From the NCBI GenBank assembly GCA_963841565.1, contig CAWJCY010000012.1:294612-358611 (forward strand): DNA of 64,000 nucleotides. The letters run 5' to 3'. The notes under the pieces were generated by a model. It searched no databases. It had not been told where the DNA came from and saw nothing but the letters and a program-made list of their open reading frames with translations. Each line of letters begins with the position of its first letter. Within the stretch, counting starts at the first letter, position 1. The position numbers and the translations under genes were made by a program. Source of the stretch: an uncultured Nitrososphaerales archaeon (lineage in GTDB: Archaea > Thermoproteota > Nitrososphaeria > Nitrososphaerales > Nitrososphaeraceae). Of this stretch, positions 53,016 to 62,969 are shown piece after piece.

Positions 53016-54237
53016 TTGTTAGATAATAATACTCGTGGGTTCACTCTGCCTAAAGAGGACTTTGAAATAATTAACATGAGGTCACAGTCAAGCTGTTTGA
53101 AAACTGAAAATTATCCTCGCTTCGACAAGGTTCTTATAATAGGTTTGGGCCAGCTTGGCCTTCCGGTGGCAAAATATGTGAAGGAGAAAGGATTTGATGT
53201 ATACGGATATGATATTAGTCAGAAAGCAATACAGCGTGCAGAAAAGATAGCTGCAATAAAGAAAGCTGATAATTTCAGTGAATTTGATGTATACATTATT
53301 TGTATCTCTACACACAAGCCAGATGATATGTTTACACCTCAGATAGATGGTTTGTTGTCCATTGTACAAGAGAAAATTGCAAAGGAAGCCAAAAATGGTG
53401 CACTTGTCTCAATAGAGAGTACTATTCCAAGGGGAACATCTAAGAAGGTATTTGAGATGCTAAACCATAGATTACATGTTGCACACATACCTCATAGATG
53501 GTATGCTTTAGAAGAAAAAGAGCATGGAGTTAACCAGTTACGTGTAGTTGGAGGAGTGTGTGATTGTTGTCTTAATGCAGCTGTACAGTTCTATGGTCAA
53601 ATTAATGTTAGCAACAACATAAACAACAACAACGACAGCAACAACAAAATCAATATTGATAATGGTAATGGCAATTCAAATGGCAATGCAAATGGTAAAA
53701 ACAGCATCCTCATGGGCGATACCGGCATCGAAATCACGCCTTCAACTATGGACGATGCTATTGCTACTTCTTTCTTCTTCTTCTTCCACAACTGGCAAAA
53801 AAAATAATGACTTCAATTACACTCCTAATCTAGAAATACCATTACATCCTGTTTCTGATGTAGAAATTGCTGAAATAACAAAGATAGCTGAAAATGCGCA
53901 TAGATATCTTCAAATAGCTTTTGCAGAGGATATCTACCTTTACTGTCAATCCAATAGCATAAACTTCCCAGAATTGCGTGAAGCCCTAAATACCAAATGG
54001 AATGTAGAGATACTCGAGCCTAGAGACGGCATAGGAGGACATTGTCTGCCAAAAGACACCAAAATGTTTCTACAATCGTCAAAATCAGTTGCTACGAGGA
54101 GCCGGATATTAAAAGCATCAATGGAAGTAGATGAAGAATACAAGAGATACAGATTATCACGAGCATCACAAACCGCAAACATACAGACCAGTCGTAGGAC
54201 TGGAAGAACTAGCTCTGTCGATTATGTCTCTCCATAA
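53016..54237 (+). CDS. nucleotide-sugar dehydrogenase (UDP-glucose/GDP-mannose dehydrogenase family) lacking the C-terminal domain; +1 insertion at ~53771; start possibly ATG 53076
   Basis: GLGQLG, IEST, AEITKIAEN, GIGGHCLPKD. Confidence 0.85.
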
Positions 54238-54429
54238 TCAATAGCCACAAAGACAGCAATAGCACCTGATCTCAAACATATTGGATTAGGGAATATCTTC
54301 TGTCTCAATGGTCTACCTTGTTTGAGAAATAGAGGTTCCCTGTGGAATCATTATCACGGTAAGTACGCAAATTTTTTAGTCCAATCTGATGGTTCATCAA
54401 AGGCTTTAATTCGAGTAAAGAAATTTAAG

Positions 54430-55581
54430 TTAGAAGTAATCAGGAACATCAGAATTTTCTAATCCTTGATTGACTGATCCAACTTTTCTTAATTGTTCAT
54501 ATGCGGCAAGATCCACAAAAACTTCATTCCAATACCTCATACAGACCAATCTCCTACAATTGCTAACTTGTTCTATTTTTTCATCGAAGACGGCGTTTCT
54601 AAATACAATATCAGGTTCATTAATGCCAGCATATGAACGAAGCGGACATGTAGCTGAGAAGCGTGGGTTAATCTCAAATATCTTTATTGTTCCATTTTGC
54701 AAGGATTCACTAAGGTTTCTGGGCTCAAATTCTGGAGCAGTCTGTCCAGAGCCTGTCAATTCTTCGTTTGGAACATACTTTGCTTGAATGTTGACAGCAC
54801 CTGTCACACCTAATCTTTCTGCTGCATTTTCAGCTGACTGCCTGACTATTGGATACTCGTCAATAAACGCCTTGTAAGTTTGCCCGCCCTTCAAATATTT
54901 CCTAATTGAGATGGAGGACATGGTGTATGTGCCATTCTTGTCAATTGTTACACCAGATGTAAATTCATCATCCAGACCTGGCAAAAATTCTTGAAGCATC
55001 GGCTTCCAGCCATATTCCTGAATTTTAGTTAATGCATATTCGATCTCATCAGTAGATTTAGTGACAAAGAAGTTGACTGAACCGAATCCCTCTCGCGGTT
55101 TGACCACCAAAGGGAATCCAAACTCCTCGATAAATTCATCCATGTTCTCGGGGAGACAAGACTCGGCACAGCCCAGATTATTGGCCTTCAGAAACTTGTA
55201 CGTTTCCCATTTGTCCCGTGCAATCATTATAACGTCCAATTCGTTGACTAACGCTTTGGTTGGAGATTCCATTTCGATTCTCTTCTTTGCGTTAGCAATA
55301 GCCATTAATTCTTCATCCGAACCCACGAAAAGGGCATCAACATCGTAATTCCTTAGAAGCTTGATGATTGAATCAATATACTCTGGATTGGACGCCTTTG
55401 GGACCGTTACACCGATATCAGATCTGTAAAGACCGGCTGCCAGTGGACTGGAATCAACAGCCAGGATTCGATAACTGTTTGGAGATTGAGATGAACTAGT
55501 TGCTAATCGTAGAGACTTCATGATCCCCTGACCTACAATTCCACCTGCAGCAGTAACTAGCACTGTTGCATTTTTCTTCAT
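54430..55581 (-). CDS. ATP-grasp ligase (carbamoyl-phosphate-synthase-like/PylC-like)
   Basis: VLVTAAGG, DKW, VVKPREGFGS, QEFLPG, FEINPRFS. Confidence 0.88.
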   Translation of the reverse strand: MKKNATVLVTAAGGIVGQGIMKSLRLATSSSQSPNSYRILAVDSSPLAAGLYRSDIGVTVPKASNPEYIDSIIKLLRNYDVDALFVGSDEELMAIANAKKRIEMESPTKALVNELDVIMIARDKWETYKFLKANNLGCAESCLPENMDEFIEEFGFPLVVKPREGFGSVNFFVTKSTDEIEYALTKIQEYGWKPMLQEFLPGLDDEFTSGVTIDKNGTYTMSSISIRKYLKGGQTYKAFIDEYPIVRQSAENAAERLGVTGAVNIQAKYVPNEELTGSGQTAPEFEPRNLSESLQNGTIKIFEINPRFSATCPLRSYAGINEPDIVFRNAVFDEKIEQVSNCRRLVCMRYWNEVFVDLAAYEQLRKVGSVNQGLENSDVPDYF

Positions 55582-55771
55582 TGAAAATCTCTCTAACCCC
55601 TTTCCTTAATCAGTTTACGAGTCGGTCGAGATGTCAATTTCTTCATTGATAACGGTGTTTATGCCGAAAGCTGCTGGTACAACTATTTGTGATGCCGCTA
55701 TAGATAATGTACGTAGTAGAGAATTAATCAAAAATATAATCAAATTGTTGGATCGCTTTCCCTACTATAAG

Positions 55772-57451
55772 TTAACCAAACACCGTGATGGGCGTTGCCA
55801 GGTCATCGTTCTGAATTAGGGTATTTCTCCACATATTTTCGGTGTTTCCTAATCCGAAATTTACTGCATAGTCGATTATGCATGGCTTGAGGGTAGTGGC
55901 TTTTATCACTTTGTCACTAATTTTCAATAACTGTCTTGTATTCCTTTGTTCTTGCTTCAAGACAGCTAGTTCGTTTAGGACACCTTGGAGGTCCTGCCCA
56001 TCCTTGGCCAAATCTGTTCTCTTAGACAACAAGGGGGCCACCTTTGCGTTGAAGTTGGAAAGAGCAATTCTGAGATGCTCAGCATATTTAATAACCTGAG
56101 CTGAATTTTTGAATTTTAATGATTGTAGGGCTTCTCTTTGGCCCAATCCTGAGTAGACATCCTCTGATGCCCAAATGACAGTGATAGGCATCCTTATGGA
56201 GAGTTCTTTAAATACCAATCTTCCGACCATTGTGTAGTCCATGCTGCCACCTGTGCCGGATGCGTAACAGCATAGACCTAAATCCCTGGAAAGTAATAAG
56301 AGAATCGGGATAGCTCTCGGAGACAATTCATTCAGTGTACCACCTGGTATCGTCTGAGATCCGTTGAGTCTTACGGTAAGAGGTCTCTTACACGATATGC
56401 AGGTTCCCGACAAGTCAAAGATACCACTTTCAACTTCATTCAATTTAACTGAGGCCTTACTTCCGCATTTGCAATGCAGCCAAACTGGGGCGTTAAGATA
56501 CGTACTTTGACTAACACCCGTATTGATACCATTACGCAGAAACATCATATCACTCTCACTCAGTATTCTTGAATATTTTCTGAAATTATTGAGCAGAAAA
56601 TTAAACCCTCCTTCGAAAACTTCTGAAATATCTGATAATCGTACGAACAATGTGTCGTATCCCCACAACTTATTGACCACTCTAGATATAATGAAAGAAT
56701 TGAGATCAGCATACGATCTTGCCCTATTGTATGATTCGTCCACCTCTTTCCAAAATTGTTCCAAGTTCTCAAAAAGTGCAAGTCTTTCGTTTTTTTCAAG
56801 GCCTAAAGAAAGGGCTCCATTTTTTATCCAAGAAGCCACCTGTTTTCTCCAATGTTCAACGATCGTTACAGAGGGAACTTCCATATTTCGAACCAATTTC
56901 CATCTATTTGAATCTGTAATAGGCATTCTTAATTCTAGAATGCCATCCGAATGTCTTACGCTTGGAAGCTGAGCGACCCTTATCCAAACGTCATCCATAA
57001 AATCATGATCGACTATTAAAAACAGATTGATGAATCTAGTATTGGTCTCGGTTGTATCGTTCCCTTTTTCCAGCATTGATTTGATAGTTTGGAGAAGAAT
57101 TATCTTTTTGAATACTCCGCCATAAGCAAATAGATTTGGTTGATGTATAGATACCAAAATTTGGGCAGATGGGGTTTGCATATTCATTCTATTCTTGTCT
57201 ACGGCTGGAAAATCAGTACCAGCTTGTTCATGAAAGGCAGCAATATGCTTTGCCAGTTTCCTGCGATTAGATAAAATATTCTCAATATTAGTAACTGTTA
57301 ATTGCTCTCTTACTCTTTTTACTGCATCTGACAAACTTTCAGGAATGGACGAAATATATTCTGACAGTATGGGGTTGTTTACTCTTTCATACTGAGAAAA
57401 TAGGGATCTGATGCATTGTGTCGTTGGACTTATAGATGCTTCAGCACACAT
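55772..57451 (-). CDS. hypothetical protein, distant BshC-like ligase with Zn ribbon
   Basis: SIHQPNLFAYGGVFKK, LFLIVDHDF, CKCG...CISC, C-terminal coiled coil. Confidence 0.6.
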   Translation of the reverse strand: MCAEASISPTTQCIRSLFSQYERVNNPILSEYISSIPESLSDAVKRVREQLTVTNIENILSNRRKLAKHIAAFHEQAGTDFPAVDKNRMNMQTPSAQILVSIHQPNLFAYGGVFKKIILLQTIKSMLEKGNDTTETNTRFINLFLIVDHDFMDDVWIRVAQLPSVRHSDGILELRMPITDSNRWKLVRNMEVPSVTIVEHWRKQVASWIKNGALSLGLEKNERLALFENLEQFWKEVDESYNRARSYADLNSFIISRVVNKLWGYDTLFVRLSDISEVFEGGFNFLLNNFRKYSRILSESDMMFLRNGINTGVSQSTYLNAPVWLHCKCGSKASVKLNEVESGIFDLSGTCISCKRPLTVRLNGSQTIPGGTLNELSPRAIPILLLLSRDLGLCCYASGTGGSMDYTMVGRLVFKELSIRMPITVIWASEDVYSGLGQREALQSLKFKNSAQVIKYAEHLRIALSNFNAKVAPLLSKRTDLAKDGQDLQGVLNELAVLKQEQRNTRQLLKISDKVIKATTLKPCIIDYAVNFGLGNTENMWRNTLIQNDDLATPITVFG

Positions 57452-57590
57452 AGAGTATTAATAGATTATCAACTAAGCTCCACTATATAAATTTCCATGA
57501 TTTGACATTTAGTATACCGATCTAAGAAGATTGGATATTATGCTCTATGAATCAAATACTACAACTTTTTTTCATATTAATGGAGAATGT

Positions 57591-58221
57591 CTAGGAGTTA
57601 GTGCCAACAAACTGAACTAATCCAATAATTCTACTAAATTCTCCAATTTCGTTCAGTGAATGAGCATCGCTACCGAGATGAAACTCTACATTGTGCTCTT
57701 TGAATTTGCGGACCCAGTCAATAGGGGGTCTATTATATTTCGCATTTAATTCTACGATTTTACCATGTTCTTTGAGAAGCTCGCATATTTCTATTAATTC
57801 CTCGCTATCCAAGCTAAAACTCGGTTCCGGAGCCAAATGTCCAATAACATTAACGTCGGGATTCCGAATTGCATTTTTAATTGCATTCATCCAGATTTCT
57901 TTGTTACCGTAAATGGTATGGAAGCTCAGCTATTATGAAGTAATCTTCGCTATACTTTGAAAGACAGTCAATCGATCCGTCTCTAAGAATCTTTGCTTCA
58001 AACCCTGTGATTAATTTCAGGCTGGGTCTAGTATTATTACTTTCGATTTCATTCACATACCTTTCGATCCAATTCGATTCTCTTCTGACATGTTCTGTGA
58101 ATGCCAGCGTCCTTAAACCAATTGATTCAGCATACCTTACAGCTGATGCAACATTTAGATCAGGGGAAGAATGATCATTATAACTTGTATGAACATGAAA
58201 GTCTTCCTTAATATTTATCAA
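57591..58221 (-). CDS. PHP-domain phosphoesterase (split by a +1 insertion at ~57927)
   Basis: DFHVHT, AFTEH, GFE, corrected IIASFH, IGH, ELN, GSDAH. Confidence 0.88.
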
Positions 58222-58320
58222 TCCAAATCACAATGGCTAATTTTTTATTAATGCCTTTCAAGTGCTCCAAATCTTTATAAGAAACAATTGAATGTCATTT
58301 AAACAGCCCTGGTTGTCCAT

Positions 58321-59334
58321 TTGTCAAATAAAAAGGTATCCACGATTTTAGTTCCAGGAGCAGCTGCTCCTGCGGGCATCAATGCAATAAAATCGCTGAG
58401 AATGGGGGGTTTTCAGGGGAAGATAGTAGCCACTGATTCAAGTTATCTATCACCAGGTTTTTTCATGTGTGAAGCTAACGAGGTGATACCTGAGGCTGAC
58501 AATCATTATTTTATAGATAGACTAAACGAGATAGTCGAGAAGTATGGAGTTAATTTACTATTACCTACATCTGGATTTGATATTTATCCTTACAGTGAAT
58601 TTAAAGAACAGTTGATAAAAAGAGGAGCGTTTCCTGTGGTTAGCGATATGGATAGCCTCCTAACATGTAAGGATAAGATGTTAACATATGAACGTCTAAA
58701 AAGTAACTTCGACCTTCCTTTTACTACCATGGATCCGACAGAGATTGGTTCTTTTCCGATCATGGCAAAACCGAGATATGGAAAGGGCAGTAGAGATATT
58801 ATGCGATTAGACAACAGTGATGATATAAGATACATCACTTCCAAGATGAAAGATTTGATTTTTCAGGAGTTTCTTCCTGGTACAGAATATACTATAGATG
58901 TTCTATCTGATTTAGAGAAGAGAGCTTTGATGGCCGTTCCTAGAATAAGAATCCAAACCAAAGCAGGAATATCCACGAAGGGAAGGATCTTGAAAAATAG
59001 TAAAATCGAAGAAGAATGTAAGCAGATAGCAAATTTCATAGGCATCAAAGGCCCGTGCTGCATTCAAATGAAAGAGGATGTGAACGGGATTGTGAAGCTT
59101 GTAGAAATTAATCCGAGAATGGGTGGTGGAACAATTTTTACAACACTGGCAGGTGCAAACTTTCCGATGATGCTAATAGATATGGTTGAGCACAAAAAAG
59201 TAAAGATGCCTGAGATTAAGGAGATTACTGTAATTAGGTATTATGAAGAGATAGTGATTCGGGCGGCCACCGATCAGAGAGTGCTTTCCGCCGAACAAGA
59301 TATTGTGACTAGATCACACCCAGATATGATGTGA
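58321..59334 (+). CDS. ATP-grasp ligase (carbamoyl-phosphate-synthase-like/PylC-like)
   Basis: ILVPGA, DK, KPRYGKGS, QEFLPGTEYT, VEINPRMGG. Confidence 0.88.
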   Translation: MSNKKVSTILVPGAAAPAGINAIKSLRMGGFQGKIVATDSSYLSPGFFMCEANEVIPEADNHYFIDRLNEIVEKYGVNLLLPTSGFDIYPYSEFKEQLIKRGAFPVVSDMDSLLTCKDKMLTYERLKSNFDLPFTTMDPTEIGSFPIMAKPRYGKGSRDIMRLDNSDDIRYITSKMKDLIFQEFLPGTEYTIDVLSDLEKRALMAVPRIRIQTKAGISTKGRILKNSKIEEECKQIANFIGIKGPCCIQMKEDVNGIVKLVEINPRMGGGTIFTTLAGANFPMMLIDMVEHKKVKMPEIKEITVIRYYEEIVIRAATDQRVLSAEQDIVTRSHPDMM

Positions 59335-59460
59335 CTTTTAACGCATTTTGTACCTGGTATGAATACCGATTGATCAAACGAATAAGAAATTTAACTTCTA
59401 TGCCTTAACTTCATTTTCATTCATTCGAATTTTATCATATTCTAATTCTCACCAACGTTA

Positions 59461-62361
59461 CTACTTCTGAGGGACGATCTCCCTCACACTTAAATTCTTT
59501 ATGTCAACACTATTTGCTCCATCCCATCTAAACGATGCTATCGGACCACCCCACGAAATGATTTGATCGGGCTCTCCGTTACATTCTCCTCCATCATTAC
59601 CCCATCCGCCTTGATCGATAAAATCGTACACCTTTTGCCAGTTATTATCATTGTTGGGGTCAACCCACAACTCTAACTTCACAGCAGTTTCACCATTAAT
59701 TAGTGTATTATACATCATCGCTTTGAAGCCTACGAATTTACCATCTGCAGATGCGGGAGAATTCTTCCAGCTGTTAAAGACATAGCTTACATGCCATTGT
59801 TCTTTTGCCCATCTCACAGTACCATCAGTATACCTCAGGTCTCCTTTAAGTGAGCTGCCCTCACATCCATCAGGATTTCCACTCCCCGTGTGTCTACCAC
59901 CTCTGGCGTACCATGCCCAATTTTCACCGCTATCACCTGAATTGAATTTAACCTGGCCTGTCATTTCTACATTCTTCCAGTCGTTCGGCGATTGCATATA
60001 TCCTCTGCTTGCGATAACCCCGTGATCAATTTCTACGTCGTCAGGTTTGTACCCAGCTGATGTGTAAACGCCATACCTGACTTGATCACTACTCACCCTC
60101 CATGAACCATCACTATTTTTTGACATTGATGGCGGTTTTGATCTCGGATCGTTATTCGGATCTTGCATATTCATATACCATTCTTCGCCACCAGGTTTCG
60201 TAGAATAGATTTTCTTAATTCCGAATTTGTCATTAGTACCCGCGTCGCTTTCGTTATCGCCTGGAGTAGGTTGACTTGGAGGTGGCGATGATGGAGGTTG
60301 ACTTGGAGGTGGCGATGATGGAGGTTCCGATTCACTTCCGACTCCAAACAAAGCAATCTCTGCAGTACTTGCCCAGCTATTCTCAGAATTACCATTTACC
60401 ATAATTCTTACAAACTTTCCTTCGGTACCTGAAGGTAAATTGTATTTTTCAAAACCTGTGGCAGTTCCGTTGCTTTCACCCTCAAATACGTTCTTAAAGA
60501 CGGATCCATCATCAGAGACAGATACTGTGAAAGCATTTTGCCTTATGTCCCCTCTATACCATGCAATATCGACGCTACAAAGTTTCGCATTTGAACCTAG
60601 ATCAAACTGAATCCAAGAGCCTTCTCCATCCTTAGACCACCACGTGTTGAGATTTTTGTCTATTACATTGGATGGAACATTGACATCATCACTTCCTATT
60701 GCTGTAACCACTGTCGGATTAAGCATCCTACATTCAAGGACTTCCTTAATATCAATAGTAACGGTTGCTTTTGCACTTGTCGAACTTTTATTATCTTTGA
60801 CATTGTATGTGAAGCTATCAGTATTAGAATATCCCTCATCTGGAGTATACTTCACAGTGTCACCTGACACGGACGATAATTGACCATGTTTAGGAAGATC
60901 GACTATGTTGAAAGTCAATACAGAACCTTCTGGATCTGATCCAGATAACTTGATTGGAATATAGACATTCATGTCAGTTGAAACACTTTTTGAGTCGGCA
61001 ACTGGGGGGCTATTACGAACATTTATGCTAACTAATGCTTTACTGCTAGCTAACCCTTTATTGTCTTTGACAGTGTAAGTGAAGCTATCAAAACCTGAAT
61101 ATCCCTTATCTGGAGTATACTTCACAGTGTCACCTGACACGGACGATAATTGACCATGTTTAGGAAGATCGACTATGTTGAAAGTCAATACAGAGCCTTC
61201 TGGATCTGATCCAGATAACTTGATTGGAATATAGACATTCATGTCAGTTGAAACACTTTTTGAGTCGGCAACTGGGGGCTTATTGGGTGGTGGTGGGGGA
61301 GTGAATCCTTTTATAGACAATTCAGTAGTACCGGCCCAGTCATTCTTGTCGTTACCGAATACTGTAATTCTTACATATCTAGCATCTGCATCTGAAAAAG
61401 CATAATTTTGGGGTCGAATAGATTTGCCACTGCTTAATCCTTCGTAAACCTGGACAAAGTTGATTCCATCTTTAGAGACTGAAATTTCAAACTCATATTG
61501 TCTACTCTCCCCATTATACCAAGCTATACTTACACCGCAGACAGATTTCATTGTACCTCAATCAGCCTGTATAAATGAACCTACCCCCAAGTTTGACCAA
61601 GTTGTCGTAAAATCTCCATCAGCTACATTTTCTGGAGGATCTCCTGACTGGCTAGGAGTAGCCACGAACTTGACCATTGGAAGCTCTTCACAAATTTTAT
61701 ACTCTTGACCTATTTTCCTTACGTCTCTTCCATTTACACTTATTTCTTTAACGGACGCAGTTTCATCTTCACTGTTCCCATAAACTGTAAGTCGAATCTG
61801 CTTAGCCATGGTATCTGGAATTGGGTATGATTCTGGGAGGACTGAATTTCCGCTGCTTATAGATCTAATCCTATCCTTAAATTCAGTACCGTTTTCGGAT
61901 ACTGAAACTACAAAATTGTACGATCTCTCTTCGCCATCGTCCCAAAGGATCTCTATATCACAAATGGGTCTAATTGCTCCAATGTCGAACTCTAAGTATG
62001 CGCCTACTCTATCCTCAGACCATTCTGTACCCTCATCATTATCAAATGCTGACTGAGCATTCATATCATCATTGTTATTATTGTCGATGCTGCTGCTCGA
62101 TGCGTCTTTGATATCGATCGGTTCATTGCATTCCGTTTTTGGATTGCTTGTTTTGTCATGTATTATTGAAGTATCTGTCAATACACTCGAGTCGTCTTGA
62201 GAAGACATTAATTGAGCACCGGCTAGATCCGAGGCTGAAACCATTGATAGCACTATCAAGGATATTGTAAAAGTAACGCTTGCTTTTCTAATATTGTTAC
62301 TATCTTTCAGATTTGATAATTTGATCGTTAACAATGATAACAACCCGTTAATAGATCCCAT
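59461..62361 (-). CDS. large exported protein: 3 discoidin (F5/8C) domains, 2 Ig/cadherin-like repeats, Pro/Ser linker and C-terminal beta domain; interrupted by in-frame TGA at 61558-61560
   Basis: the two ORFs share a frame (GAT TGA GGT ACA ATG); IQAD*GTMKSVCGVSIAW aligns with IQFDLGSNAKLCSVDIAW; DSFTY.VKD repeats. Confidence 0.85.
60268..60326. repeat. 27-bp tandem duplication encoding the PPSSPPPSQ linker
   Basis: AGGTTGACTTGGAGGTGGCGATGATGG repeated twice. Confidence 0.85.
60787..61284. repeat. 270-bp-period near-identical intragenic duplication (Ig-like repeat)
   Basis: 60841-61007 matches 61111-61277 with about one mismatch. Confidence 0.9.
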
Positions 62362-62648
62362 TCACAAACCGCTGGAACATTAAGTATTTATAAAGAACTA
62401 AAACATATACTAAACCTTAAGTTAGTGTGAATCTAAGATAAGTATGCAACCATTTTATCTAATATAACTGTCCGGAATAATAAATGAGCATTCTTCTAGA
62501 AATTTCTAACTGAGAATTAACTCATATTTCTAGGGATAGATATTTAGCATGTACTACGATACTATATTTGATAAGCTTACCAATGGCTGATGAGACTATT
62601 AATACTTGATCAAAGTTTTATACCACCGCCTCTTCATTTTACACTAGT

Positions 62649-62858
62649 ATGGGTAAAGTGGATAAAGGAGTTACGTGTAGTGTACAAGGATGTGGGCAGA
62701 TAGCCCTTAGGTCCATGAGTGGAAGCAAAGCTGCAATGGCCATTGATCTAATGATCGATTCTTCTAGCAAACGGATTTACCTTTGTAGACAACATTATAA
62801 AGATTGGAAAAAGGCTACCAAAGAAGATCGAGAAAATGAACGAGCGAGATGGGACTAG
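62649..62858 (+). CDS. small Zn-binding hypothetical protein
   Basis: CSVQGC...YLCRQHYK; TTTTATA box upstream. Confidence 0.75.
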   Translation: MGKVDKGVTCSVQGCGQIALRSMSGSKAAMAIDLMIDSSSKRIYLCRQHYKDWKKATKEDRENERARWD

Positions 62859-62969
62859 CAGGGTTTTAATGTCTAAAAAGTTCATTTCTTGACTCTCCTG
62901 GCCCAATAGCAACTGCTCCTTAGTTCAAAACCCTTTAATCATCCAATTATTCCTACTAACTTCCATAGA

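Noticed and set aside
23600-58221. Programmed -1 ribosomal frameshifting as a shared control of the split genes (three lie in the phosphate cluster)
   Set aside because: No X-XXY-YYZ slippery heptamers at the junctions, the genes are functionally unrelated and include essential rfcS; insertion errors are the simpler explanation
54430-59334. Pyrrolysine biosynthesis (PylC) or carbamoyl-phosphate synthase
   Set aside because: No pylB/pylD/pylS/tRNA-Pyl nearby; the proteins are single ATP-grasp units far shorter than CarB, and there is no carA
61558-61560. Selenocysteine codon
   Set aside because: The aligned position is Leu/Ile in paralogous repeats, not Cys; no SECIS or Sec machinery is visible
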